A stretch of 64,000 nt of DNA. It comes from Leucoraja erinacea (lineage: Eukaryota). Positions 1-12,229 of this stretch are shown piece by piece (position 1 is the first letter of the stretch; the number at the start of each line of letters is the position of its first letter). The stretch spans positions 37,820,001 to 37,884,000 of the forward strand of contig NC_073387.1 of assembly GCF_028641065.1 (NCBI RefSeq), read 5' to 3'. Below the pieces are notes generated by a model. The model was not told the DNA's origin. It worked only from the letters and a program-made list of their open reading frames with translations, and did no database searches. A program made the translations under genes and the position numbers.

Positions 1-1097
1 CTGGTACTGTGTACATGACATTAAGTATAGCCACACTGTGTCTGGTCGCACTTCAGATGATCTGATTTTAGGTGGCAAAGGAAGCATTCTTTTCCCCAGT
101 AGTGAGGTTTTTTTTCAAATAATAAAATAAAATCACAGAATATGTTGTGGAAAATTAAAAGCTTCCTTTGAACATTAAATTATATTGAACATAGTAATGT
201 CATGTACAGCTATTTAAACAGAAGGAAAAATTGAATGTTGATTTCTGGTATTTAAATAGGGGAGACCCCTTTTATTTACTTAACATCAGGCATTGAGCTA
301 TAATGCATTGGATACATGTTGTTTTACAGTATACTTACACAACCTTGTGCAGATCTCCAGCCTTTTAAAGATTTTCACTTGTAATGCTTATCATGCTCTG
401 AATAGCATGAAGCCATTTTTACTCAGGGTTTCACGAAAGACGTTTGAAATTCTATTTGATGTAACACATTAGATCATTAGAATTCATCAGCTAATCTCCC
501 TTCAAAACAAGGATGCACCTCAAAACCGTTCTTTTGCAATATTGGCTAAATTCATGTTTAATTAATCAGAAAGCAAGATGGTGTTTAACAACAAAATTAA
601 ACGCGTGCTTTGTTCTGGGTAATAGTGACTCCTGGAGGAAATCTGCATAATCCCCAACAATGAATGAGAATGTCAACTAACGATGCACATACAGTATCAA
701 CATTTCCCAAGAATTGAAGAAGTTAAAGAGCTTTAGAAGCATGGTCCGACACATACCTGCCTTTTCTTATTCTCCATCTGAAATTCTATTACGTTTTACG
801 ATGTTTACATTTGCAATGTTTACATATGAAAAATTATTTCACTGGACGACTTATTGCACTTTGAACTTGAGGACGATGACTTTGCTTCTGGGTCTTCCAT
901 GTGTGCCGCTCCAATGCACAGAGGTGCCTGGGCCAGGCATTGCAACCGATTGAAAACAGTATGCATCTTGGCATTTCTTTTGTGAATTTGTCCATGCGTG
1001 AATGGCCTGTGGACACCACTGGCCACTCATGTAGAAGCTCAACAAATGTAAGGTCTGCATCAGTGGTTGGGTCATTCCCAAATAGAGGAGTCTGGTT

Positions 1098-1635
1098 TAG
1101 TTTAGTTTAGTTTAGTTTCATTCAGTTTAGTTTAGTTTAGTTTACATTAGTTTAGTTTAGAGTTCGGCCCACCAAGTCCGCTCCAACCAGCGATCCCCAT
1201 GCACTAGCACTATCCTACTCACTAGGGATAATTCTTACTAAAGCCAATTAACCTATAAATCTGTTCAAGAGGGAACTGCAGATGCTGGAAAATCGAAGGT
1301 ACACAAAAATGCTGGAGAAACAGCGGGTGCAGCAGCATCTGTGGAGCAAAGGAGATAGGTAACGTTTCGGGCCGAAACCCTTCTTCAGACTGAGGTTTCG
1401 GCCCGAAACGTTACCTATCTCCTTCGCTCCATAGATGCTGCTGCACCCGCTGAGTTTCTCCAGCATTTTTGTGTACCTTTAACCTATAAATCTGTATGTC
1501 TTTAGAATGTGGGAGGAAACCGCGGTCACGGGAAGAACGTACAAACTCGGTACAGGCAGCACCCATAATCAGGATCGAACCCGGGTCTCTGGTGCTGTAA
1601 GGCAGCAACTCTACTGCTGCACCACTGTGTCACCC
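1098..1635 (-). mobile_element. HE1-like tRNA-derived SINE, interrupted by a hairpin element at 1265-1478
   Basis: Minus strand has a tRNA head (B-box GGTTCGATCC), a CR1-like 3' end and a (CTAAA)n tail seen as (tttag)n; homologous to many other copies in the window. Confidence 0.85.
1265..1478. mobile_element. Non-autonomous Penelope pseudo-LTR hairpin element
   Basis: ~85-bp inverted arms; same family as the termini of the Penelope element at 47924-49703; 17-bp TSD ttaacctataaatctgt at 1248-1264 and 1479-1495. Confidence 0.88.
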
Positions 1636-2859
1636 TATTGCTCTTTCTCAGGCACCACATCCATACTTCACAATACTGACTCCATGCATTACCACCATTG
1701 CATCTCAAAATCCATCAACCTTTCCCACTTCAGCTGATCACAAACTAATCTTTCCCAGATTCCTGCTCCCTGACTGATACCAGTCTCACCACCCTGTTCC
1801 CCAGTCCTCTCTTTCCCAGACTGTAACATCCTGTGGAACAGGGGTAGGGAAGGCCTTTGAAAAGTTAAAAGCTTGCTGCAATCAGCAAAATATATGGGCT
1901 TTAAGCACAAACAAAATTCACAGTGATGTCCCCACATGCTATACTGTTTAAACATCGTTCCCATCATTTTCCATTAATTCTGGACAACATTTTCCATTTA
2001 TGTACAGTAAAAATGCATTATGTACAACATTTCAATTTACAGTATATACAAACTACAGTATAGCCTTGGAAAGAGAGACATTTTAAATCACAAAATGAGC
2101 CACAAAGGTAGATGGAGTAATGTGAAATTCAATTTCCTCTGTCATCTGGGAATTATAGCTGGAAATTGGAGGTTCAGGTCAAATCCCCCCAAAACATCAT
2201 TCATGAGTTTTCATCATCTTTCCTGAAACACCAATACAATCTCGAGGATCACCTTCTGTAGCAACAGTGAGACCTAGCCCCTACTCAGTTGATCTCCAAT
2301 ACATAGAGCATAAACTAACCTTTAAAGGAGAAAATACAAAGTAAAAGGCTAAACTAACTGGAAACCAGCACATACAACGTGATCATCAGCAATAAATGAT
2401 GGGTTCAATAATGTCCCCCTCATAGTCAGTGGCTCAATATGAAGAATAGGATATGTCAGATGCCACTACTACCATCTTGCATTATAATATGGTGTATTAG
2501 TAGAACATTCAGTTTCATCAAGAAACCAGGCTGTAAGAATGGTGGACATTGCCCGTGTATCTCCATTGTGTGCCTTCAAATCTCCACCCTCTGCAAAATG
2601 CAACACATTGAGGAAAATAATCACTTTCACATCCATCAGGAGCTCACCAATGTCTCCTGTTGTGACATTTGGCGTCATGCACATTCTCAATATCAGTGAG
2701 ACAATTTTAATACTGGTGAAACTTGGAAAGCCAAATGGAACTCATGAGAAAGATCCATTGCACAGGGTGCATTGCTTTAATCTTAAGAAAGATTTTGGTT
2801 AATGATCATATGCACTGGGAAGGGAATGATAACATTCTTAGTTGGTGCAATTTATCAGC

Positions 2860-3445
2860 CTATTAACCCAATAAAGCAACAAACAGGCATGCAATAATCA
2901 ATAAAACAATAAACTATCAGTAATACTAGATAATCAGATCACAATAGTACAATAATAATAATAATCTTATTTATATAGCACATTTTTAGTCAACTTGCAT
3001 TGACCCCAAAGTGCTTCACATAATTACATTACATTTACACACAGGCAAAGGTGGGTGAAGTGTCTTGCCCCAAGGATACAACGACAGTATGCACTCCAAG
3101 CGGGATTCGAACCGGCTACCTTCCGGTCGCCAGCCGAACACTTAGCCTATTGTGCCATCTGTCGTACAAATTGAAGTATGTAATGAAACCAAAGCAAAGA
3201 CCATAGAGGATCGTTTCTGAGGTAGGATTGTGATTAAGGTTGTTAGTGTGGTTCAAGATCCTGAGGGTTGCAGGGAAGAAGCTGTTCTTGAAAATGGAGG
3301 TCACGGTTCTCAGGCTCCTGTCTCTTCTTCACGATGAGAGCAATGAGATAATGAGAGTGTGGCCATTTATCTGTAGATCCCTTCGATGATGGGTAGGTCA
3401 ATACTATGGAAGGCTGAGGCATGACCGTCACTTTCTGCAGATTCT
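2860..3445 (-). mobile_element. Old Rex1/L2-like LINE 3' relic hosting a SINE
   Basis: Minus-strand FKNSFFPATLRILN, a typical LINE ORF2 C-terminus, followed by an AT-rich 3' UTR. Confidence 0.55.
2953..3163 (-). mobile_element. Young tRNA-derived SINE with L2-type 3' tail
   Basis: A-box TGGCACAATAGG, B-box GGTTCGAATCC, tail aagcactttg...aaatgtgctatataaataa + (TTA)n; 6-bp TSD gtacaa at 2947-2952 and 3164-3169. Confidence 0.85.
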
Positions 3446-4001
3446 GCCAATGACTAACTCAACGGTCCAATTGCATTGGGACAAATAGCTGAAATCGGTT
3501 TTCACGAGGTCCGTTAAAACAAGGGTTTACTGTGTTTAATGACAACTGGTTGGTGGGAAATAATCCAAAAATTGTCTGGAACATTTTACTCCAGTATGGG
3601 TGGTTCTTAGTTATATAACAATGAAATAGCACAATGGAATAGAATTTCTGGCCCAGAGGTTTGTTTATGTGTTTTAGCATTCATTCATTTCCTCAACGCA
3701 AGATTGCTGATTATACTGTATTAAAATGAATTCTCACGAATTCCACTTGAAAGCAATTGCAAATAATGTACTAATGGAACATTGGTAAGTATACAAGTTG
3801 TTAGATGCTTTCTCAACTTTCCAACTAAATGCTTACTTTTATTTTTCAGCAATATTGTTAAATAGATTATAAGGAAGAGAAGACATATTTTGTTTACCCA
3901 ATGATATCTCACCTGAGATATTACAGCAATGTCTTCACAATATTCCTGAATACCTAAAGGAAGTGGTGAAGTATTGGAGAAGGATAGACTCAGCAAGAAA
4001 A

Positions 4002-4363
4002 TAAACATAGAAACATAGATAGAAACATAGAAATTAGGTGCAGGAGTAGGCCATTCGGCCCTTCGAGCCTGCACCACCATTCAATATGATCATGGCTGAT
4101 CATCCAACTCAGTATCCCGTACCTGCCTTCTCTACATACCCCCTGATCCCCTTAGCCACAAGGGCCACATCTAACTCCCTCTTAAATATAGCCACTGAAC
4201 TGGCCTCAACTACGCTCACAGAGAGTTCCAGAGATTCACCACTCTCTGTGTGAAAAAAGTTCTTCTCATCTCGGTTTTAAAGGATTTCCCCCTTATCCTT
4301 AAGCTGTGGACTTCCCTAACATCGGGAACAATCTTCCTGCATCTGCCTGTCCAGAAGGTTTCT
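4002..4363 (-). mobile_element. CR1 (HER1-like) LINE 3' end
   Basis: Reverse complement of the CR1 3' end at ~16580-16925; (catagaaa)n tail; 18-bp flanking duplication atagactcagcaagaaaa at 3984-4001 and 4364-4381. Confidence 0.88.
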
Positions 4364-4530
4364 ATAGACTCAGCAAGAAAAGAAACCTAAATTCTAGGAG
4401 TATAAACCAAGTCTATCCAGGGATAAACCTCAGGGATGATCTTGTAAAATGTACATCTGTCTAAGTACGTACAGGTAGTTATTCACTTGAAGATATTTCA
4501 GGGGAAGAGAATTAGAGGGAATGAACCTTC

Positions 4531-4837
4531 TTAGTTTAGTATAGTTTAATTTAGAGATACAGCATGGAACCAGTCCCTTCGGCCCACCAAGTCCACACCA
4601 ACCAGCGATCCCCGCACACTAATGCTATCCTACACATACAAGGAACTATTTACAATTATACCAAGCCAATTGACCTACCAACCTAGCGTGTGGAAGGAAA
4701 CTAGAGATCCTGGAGAAAACCCACATGGTCACAGGAGAACATACAAGCTCCACACAGACAAGTACCCATAGCCAGGATCAAACTCAGGTCTCTGGTGATG
4801 CAAGGCAGCAACTCTACCGCTGCACAACTATACCACC
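4531..4837 (-). mobile_element. HE1-like SINE
   Basis: (tttag) tail, CR1-like 3' segment and tRNA head on the minus strand. Confidence 0.8.
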
Positions 4838-4999
4838 GTTTCTGTTACATTCAGTGCTGGTCAGTCCAGAGTACCATGTCCTACTCTGAGGTGTGCACTG
4901 TGGGAATAATATATTGCCCATAGAGTGATAAATGACAGAGATTCACCGGAATAGTTTTGCTGCTTAAAGTATAAATTATGATGGCAAGGCAATAGACCG

Positions 5000-5350
5000 C
5001 TATCCTGAGCATGCAATACAAATTCCATTTTGAATTCAGAAGATTAAAGGAAGATCACATAGATGTCTTCGAAATGTTATATAGAACAGATGGGAGTAAA
5101 CTAATTGCATGGTTTGCGTGAGTCAGAGCAAAAGGCGTATCATAAAACTGGAACTGGTCCACTGGAGAGTTAACCAAGGGAGTTCTTCTTCACACAAATG
5201 GTAATGGAAATTTAAAACTCTCTATCAAATGACAATTGATTGAATTTTCAATATTTGTGAAAAGAAGAATTTATTAGAAGCCTTTCAGCAAAAATGTCCA
5301 AAGATAAATAAATAAAAATTAAATGCAGATTAATTACCATCTAATAAAGT
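5000..5350 (+). mobile_element. Highly decayed CR1 3' fragment
   Basis: gaattcagaagattaaaggaagatc and ttcttcacacaaatggtaatggaaattt resemble the CR1 EFRRLRGDL and FFTQRVV segments. Confidence 0.5.
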
Positions 5351-5739
5351 GGTGGATATTGGATGGACTGTTGCAGTGTCCTTAATTAAACTCTGAAACT
5401 TTTCATACTCAAAAAATCATTGTCAGGTCCATCCATTTTGTCCAATAAATTTTACCACTGTTGTAACAATAATTGCAACAAAAAAGTGTTTAAAATAATA
5501 AACCGTCCATAATAGCATTGAAATACCAGGAGCATTATCACTAAAAATCTTTAAACAAACCAATATAGGTTACTAGGACACATGGTCAAAAGCTCAGTCA
5601 AAGATGATTATTTTAAAGAGCATCTCGGAGGAGGAGAGAAAGGAGGAGGTCTGAAAGATTTATAGGCAGAGGGTTCAGTGCCTAACTGTGCACAATTCAA
5701 TTCAAGGTTGATCAAGAAGCAGAACTGAAGAAGTGCTGT

Positions 5740-5920
5740 ACTCACGGATTACAGATTATAGAAACAGGGAGGACAACGATAAGGAGGAGGTATTCATGGC
5801 TAAGGTACAGGCGGGAAGTTGGTGGGTGATCACCAGGAAAGGGAGCAGGCAGAGAGGGCAGGAATCCCCTGGGGCCGTTCCCCTCCACAGCAGGTATGCA
5901 CCTTTAAATGCTGTTGTGGA
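5740..5920 (+). mobile_element. CR1 ORF1 fragment
   Basis: WVITRKGSRQRGQESPGAVPLHSRYAPL resembles the CR1 ORF1 linker motif upstream of the esterase domain. Confidence 0.55.
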
Positions 5921-6109
5921 GAGTACCATTTGTTTCAGTCCTTCAACTCCTTCCCTTTCTTTGCAATGTAGAACATGCTTGATTGCCACATTTGATTGCT
6001 CACTTCCGATGATAGTTCACCAACCAGAAACTTTAACTCTGTCTGCCTCATCCATTTTTTTTAATTTATTTCAGATTGTCAATATCTCGTGTTTGTTTTT
6101 TCCACTTGA

Positions 6110-6420
6110 TGAAACATAGAAACATAGAAACATAGAAATTAGGTGCAGGAGTAGGCCATTCGGCCCTTCGAGCTGCACCGCCATTCAATATGATCATGGC
6201 TGATCATCCAACTCAGTATCCTGTACCTGCCTTCTCTCCATACCCCCTGATCCCTTTAGCCACAAGGGCCACATTAACTCCCTCTTAAATATAGCCAATG
6301 AACAGGCCTCAACTACCCTCTGTGGCAGAGAGTTCCAGAGATTCACCACTCTCTGTGTGAAAAAAGTTCTCCTCATCTCGGTTCTAAAGGATTTCCCCCT
6401 TATCCTTGAAGTCCAGGATA
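6110..6420 (-). mobile_element. CR1 (HER1-like) 3' end
   Basis: MRRTFFTQRVVNLWNSLPQ; (catagaaa)n tail. Confidence 0.9.
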
Positions 6421-6667
6421 TGAGGGAAAAAATATTTTAAAGCAAAACTCACTGCCTGCACACAACATCAATCAGCACTTTCAGAGGCATTTGAACCAAT
6501 CCAATTTACTGGAGCATGTAGAGAGAGCAGAGGAATGAAAGTGATTAGATTGATCTATCGAGGGAGGACTCAAGTACGAACTCTATGGGTCAAATGGACT
6601 CCTTTTGCACTGAAATGATTTTATGACTCAGATCAAGTATTTGCATGAATTCTAATCAGATTCATTT

Positions 6668-6797
6668 AGGGTGGCAAAGTGGCATAGCGGTAGAGTTGTT
6701 GCCTTACAGCACCAGAGACCTGGGTTCAATCCTGACAATGGGTCTACCATCTGCAGGTTGATGGGTTTTCTCCAAGTGCTCCAGTTTCCACCCACCT
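6668..6797 (+). mobile_element. HE1-like SINE 5' fragment
   Basis: gtggcatagcggtagagttgttgccttacagc...gggttcaatcc tRNA head. Confidence 0.75.
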
Positions 6798-7179
6798 GCA
6801 GAATTATTGCTAGCCTGAGGAAAATTATCTCTCCATTGAGAATTTACACATATCAAAAAGATTTCTTTGTGTCGGAAGAAAGAAGGTGGGGGTAAAGGAA
6901 ATGCACACAACATCCCATGTTCTGTACATTTCCTTTATCCCCACTTCATTTCTTCTGACACAAAGGTACAGTCAGGGTATTCTCATACCAAATTCAATAA
7001 CAAGGGATTACTTCTACTCTTAAATATATAAGGAAAATAAAGTGCATTGCATTAAGTTCGAATTGAACAAGCAGAGGTATTTTTTTCCATGCAAAGTATT
7101 CATACAATTTCATGCAATTTATCAAAAAATGGTACTTAGCTAAAAGTGTTTTGTTAGTGAACCAAAAGTTACTCCATTT

Positions 7180-7320
7180 GGAGGCAGAGAGATTCCAGAT
7201 GTTGGAATCTGGAGTGAAAAGAAAGAAAAACTGCTGGAAGAGCTGGGCAGGTCAAGCAGCATCTGTGGAGGCAAAGAGAAGGTCAACATTCCTTGTCAAG
7301 ACCTTGATTCGGGACCAATA
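7180..7320. mobile_element. Decayed Penelope pseudo-LTR fragment
   Basis: cagatgttgga...gctgga...gcagcatctgtggag matches the family. Confidence 0.55.
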
Positions 7321-8686
7321 TCCATTTGCACCTTTTGAGGTGTTTTTTGGATATAAATCACAGGTTTATAGTTTATCTATTACAAAATATGAACAAGGAG
7401 GATACTGATTTTATTTTTAATGGTCCATATAAAACTGTATGTAGCCTTCTCCTCTGGTACTGAGGTTCTTTTGAGTAGTTCCACCATTTTATGCTTCTTG
7501 AATAAATATATTAACTCTAGTGCAATATATTTACTGGGGAAAGGGGGGGAGATTTATTCTGCTGATGATTATGTAATCTTGCTATTCAAGATTGGCTACA
7601 AGTTGCATCAGGTTAAGGCATAACAATTAATTGAAATAGGCTTTTGATTCAGATAGAGGGGTGTCCGAATGAAAGGGGTTTCCACCTCTAAATTCCTTAA
7701 CTCATTAGAGGGGTTTCGTAATCAACCAGTGGATCTGCTTTCACATCAAAGGTCAATAACAACATAAAGAGCTCCCCTGAGCTTAAATTAATATTGAGAT
7801 ATTTCTTTCTGCAATTAAATCAGGTTTATCAACAAGCAACCCTTGATGATTCTGAATGAGAATGTGGTCAACCGGGATGTCCATTCGTTCAGCCGCCGCT
7901 GATATCAATCTGCCCTAGTGGAATTCTTAAAATATTATTTTTTTCTTTTGAGCCACCTTGGATTTTCAAATGTGTCTCCCTCTAGTTCCTTTAATTCTGG
8001 TGGGTTCACCAGTGAATTGGGCGTTCCTGCCATATAACTAGATTACACTCCACAGGCCATCTCACAACTCATAATCTCGCCTTAGGTTTTACAGACCTAG
8101 AATATGAACGTGATGATCCAGTCTAGTTTTATGGAGTGACTGACTCTGTGAGCGTATACGAGAGCGATTGTTGCCTGGTGTAAAAAGAAAATTAAATCCA
8201 TTAAAAAAAAACTGTTCCCTGCCCACTTGTGAAAGTTTGTTTTTAATAAACATTATATTATTGCCAAAAGTGTGAGCTTTCTTATTGCATTTTTTTTTTT
8301 ATTTTGTTATTTAACACAACGCATCTTTCCTGATGCAATTCTTGGAATTTTGTATCGTTCATTACTTCTTTATCTAACATTTCATTTCTAGCATTTGGCC
8401 ACTATCATTACATACAAAATATGTTCTGGTATATGTTTTTAAATTTTAGGAGGGGTACCTATGAGGACAGCACAACAATATTCTGCAGCTGTTCTGTACA
8501 AGGATTATTGGATACAACTAGCAATTAAGGCAGTAGAATGTCCATATTAACAGCTGGCTCACATCATTTGCAACAGGCCTGCAGAACTTAAGGCAGTTCT
8601 GCACTTCCTAAAAATGAATTGCCTTGTGGCTACAGCCAAGAAGATATGTGGAAAGACCAGGTATTTAAATGTTTACTTTTTTTAAC

Positions 8687-8821
8687 TTTTAGAGATGCAG
8701 AGCGGAAACAAGCACCTTGGCCCACTGAGTCTACACTGGCCAACGATCACCCCACACACTAACATCATCCCACACACTAGGGACAATTTTTAACAACTTT
8801 ACCATAGCCTACAAACCTGTC
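8687..8821 (-). mobile_element. HE1-like SINE 3' fragment
   Basis: Similar to the 3' half of other copies. Confidence 0.7.
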
Positions 8822-8889
8822 CAAGTCTTGCATCAAAATCTCTAATCTGAGAATATCAACACATGTAGTCTCACATGTTTAAAAATGAA

Positions 8890-9000
8890 TTGCAGTTGCT
8901 GGTTTAAACCAAAGATACACAAAATGCTGGAGTAACAACGGGACAGGCAGAATCTCTGGAGAGAAGGAATGGGTGATATTTCAGGTCAAGACACTTCTTA
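8890..9000. mobile_element. Penelope pseudo-LTR fragment
   Basis: acacaaaatgctggagtaac...ggagagaaggaatgggtga family motif. Confidence 0.65.
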
Positions 9001-9625
9001 AGAACATGTTCACAGATTAACATTTGAAAACATTCCTTTTCTACATTGACGATACAACTTTCTTAAATATCATAACCAGTTTTCTTTTGGAACATTTATT
9101 AGAAATCATTATTTTAAAAAATCAAAAGATTAGATCATGTACTCATAAGAAAATACTAACTTGTTTGAAACTTTAAAATATATCTGCAGTTCATTTTGAA
9201 ATATAAACACATAAAAGGCAATACACATTCTGAGAAGATTTTACTGAGACTTGTAAATTAATGAATGCATTAGAGCAAGTCCCTGTCAAAGTAAACTGTT
9301 AATTTTTTAGGAGAGATCACTTATACAATGAAAGTACTCAATAAATATTAATATGTAATTTTGCACTCAATATTCACATTGAGAAATAATAAATGCTCAT
9401 TTTCAACACATTTTAGGAAACAAAGAAAAATCTGTATGAATAGTCTGGGAAACTAAAATTCAAAATATTCTGATACATTTTTGCCAATGAATTACACAAT
9501 TGACATTCCTTTTACATGAAAGGAATTGAGTTCTTTCCAAGATTATTTAGAAATAAATTAAATTGAAAGGTCTATTTTAAAATCTACAAAGTATAAAAAG
9601 TATGAATGGATTATTTATGATAAAT

Positions 9626-10345
9626 GAATTGAATTGAATTGAATACATTTTATTCGTCAAGTATGTATACCTATAAGGAATTTGCCTTGATGCTTTGCTC
9701 ACAAGTAACAACACGATATACAGTAAACAATTAAGAATAAAACATTATAATTTAAATATGTGAAGAATGCATAAAATACCAGAGCAAAATGGGGCTACAG
9801 ACTTTTGGTTGTTTAGAGCTACTGCTCGTGGAAAAAAAGCTGTTTTTATGTCTGGCTGTGGCGGCTTTGACAGTCGGGAGTCACCTTCTAGAGGAAAGTG
9901 CTTGAAAGTGTTTGTGGCCAGGGTGAGAAAGGTCAGAGATGATCTTACCCGCTCGCTTCCTGGCTCTTGCAGTGTACAGTCCGTCGATGGGGGGAAGGTT
10001 GCAACCAACAACCTTCTCAGCTGATTGAACGATGCGCCGCAGACTCCAGATGTCGTGCTTGGTGGCTAAGCCAAACCAGACCATGATGGAGAAGGTGAGG
10101 ACAGACTCTACGATGGCAGTATAAAACTGGACGATCATTGCCTGTGGCAGATTGTGTTTTCTCAGCTGCCACAGGAAGTACATCCTCTGTTGGGCCTTTT
10201 TGACTGGGGAGTCGAGGGTGGCCACCCATTTAAGGCCCCTGGAGATGATGGTTCCAAGGAACTTAAATGACTCCACAGATGTGACTGTGGTGTTGTTGAT
10301 GGTAAGTGGGGGGAGGGGAGGGATGGGGAGCGTGAAAAATCAATG
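9626..10345 (-). mobile_element. Rex1/Babar LINE 3' fragment
   Basis: ESFKFLGTIIS...KAQQRMYFL..LRK...FYTAIVESVLT, Rex1-type RT C-terminus; (ATTCA)n tail. Confidence 0.88.
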
Positions 10346-10539
10346 AAAAATCTATTTATGGATTGGGTGAGAGCTGGCAATAAATACTTTAAATGAAGGA
10401 AGATTGGGGGAAAAGGCTTAATATTATTTGGCCTAGAAATTGGAATATGGAGCATCTCTTTCTTAATGAATTGAAGATAGAGCTTATTTCATACAAGTTT
10501 CATAAAAGGCATTCATTTTCAGTGGTCTTAGCAATGGTA

Positions 10540-10870
10540 TTGTTTTATTATTGTTACATGTAATATGGAAAACTTTGGTCTGCCTGCTATCCAGGCAAAT
10601 CCACCAAACACGTGCATTAAGTAGTGCACAAGAGAAAATAAACAGAGTGCAGAATATACCATTACAGCTACAGAGAAAGTGCAGATGAAATGAAAATAAA
10701 GTCCACAAAGAGGTGGATTGGAAGATAGGGAATTCATCCTTAGCATATGAAGGATTGTTCAAGAATCTGATAGCAGCAGGGAAGAAGATGTTCTTGAATC
10801 TGGCGTATGTGCTTTCAAGCCTTTGTGTCTACTGACTGATGAGGGAGGGGAGAGGAGAGAATGACTGGGG
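10540..10870 (-). mobile_element. Older Rex1/L2-like 3' relic
   Basis: RFKNIFFPAAIRFLN-like end on the minus strand plus a LINE-type tail. Confidence 0.55.
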
Positions 10871-10924
10871 TGTAAGTGGAGTAGCTGCTTTCTCAAGGCA
10901 CGTGGGGTTGAAGGAAGGGAGGCA

Positions 10925-11185
10925 GGCGGCAGGGTGGCGTAGCGGTAGAGTTGCTGCCTTACAGCGTCAGAGAACTGGGTTTGATCCTGACTACAGGTGC
11001 TGTCAATACGACGTTTGTACGTTCTCCCGGTGACCTGCGTGGGTTTTTTCTCCGAGATCTTCGGTTTCCTCCCACACTCCAAAGATATACAGGTTTGTAG
11101 GTGTGACTCTGGTGTGTGTGGGATAGTGTTAGTGTGTGGGGATTGCTGATCAGTGTGGACCCGGTGGGCCAAAGCTAAACTAAGG
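10925..11185 (+). mobile_element. HE1-like SINE
   Basis: tRNA head gtggcgtagcggtagag...gggtttgatcc; ctaaactaa tail. Confidence 0.82.
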
Positions 11186-11222
11186 TTTGTGTGATGGACT
11201 CGGCTGAAACTGAAGTATTCAA

Positions 11223-11388
11223 TGTTTAAGAAAGTACTGCAGATGCTGGAAAAATCAACGGTAGACAAAAATGGTGGAGAAACTCAGTGGATGAGGCAGC
11301 ATCTATGGAGCGAAGGAATAGGCGCCTATTCCTTTGCTCCATAGACGCTGCCTCACCCATTCAGTTTCTCCACCATTTTTGTCCACCT
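11223..11388. mobile_element. Penelope pseudo-LTR hairpin element
   Basis: Inverted arms centred on ataggcgcctat. Confidence 0.82.
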
Positions 11389-11441
11389 GAAATATTATAT
11401 GGTAATTGCCATTTCAGTTCCAGGTCAGTTTAGACCAGTTT

Positions 11442-12090
11442 ATAGACAATAGACAATATGTGCAGGAGTGGAGGCCATTCGGCCTTTCGAGCCTGCACCG
11501 CCATTTTCAATAAAAGATCATGGCTGCGGTCATCCAAGTATCAGTATCCCATGTACCTGCCTTCTCTCCTATACCCACCAATCCCGTGCATTAAGTAGCC
11601 ACAAGGGCCACATCTAATACCATTCCCTCTTAAATATAGCCAATGAACTGGCCTCAAATACCCTCTGTGGCACAGAGATCCAGAGCTTCACCACTCTCTG
11701 TGTGAAAAAAGCTATTCTCATCTCGGTTTTAAAGGATTTCCCCCTTATCCTTAAGCTGTGACCCCTTGTCCTGGAGGCCCTAACATCGGGAACAATCTTC
11801 CTGCATCTAGCCTGTCCAACCCCTTAAGACGTTTGTAAGTTTCTATAAGATCCCCTCTCAATCTTCTACATTCTAGAGAGTATAAACCAAGTCTATCCAG
11901 TCTTTCTTCATAAGACAGTCCTGACATCCCAGGAATCAGTCTGGCTGAACCTTCTCTGCGCTCCCTCTATGGCAATAATGTCCTTCCTCAGATTTGGAGA
12001 CCAAAACTGTACGCAATACTCCAGGTGTGGTCTCACCAAGACCCTGTACAATTGCAGTAGAACCTCTCTGCTCCTATACTCAAATCCCTC
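11442..12090 (-). mobile_element. CR1 (HER1-like) 3' fragment
   Basis: [31 protein letters not shown]; (caatag)n tail. Confidence 0.9.
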
Positions 12091-12229
12091 AAAAATGTGA
12101 GGGATCGTGAGAATGCTCCCAGAAGGTCTCAGGAACCTAGAGAGGCAAGTGAAGAACAGTGGCTTCTGGAGGCAGATTCTTTCTACATGGGAACCTCCAA
12201 GCATGGGAGACATGAGAAACCTGTAAGCC

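Noticed and set aside
2440-2720. Host exon
   Set aside because: No consistent frame or splice signals; more likely a very decayed Penelope GIY-YIG relic, too weak to list as a feature
3085-3163. tRNA gene
   Set aside because: The A/B boxes belong to a SINE head continuous with a body and LINE tail; the same applies to all HE1-like copies
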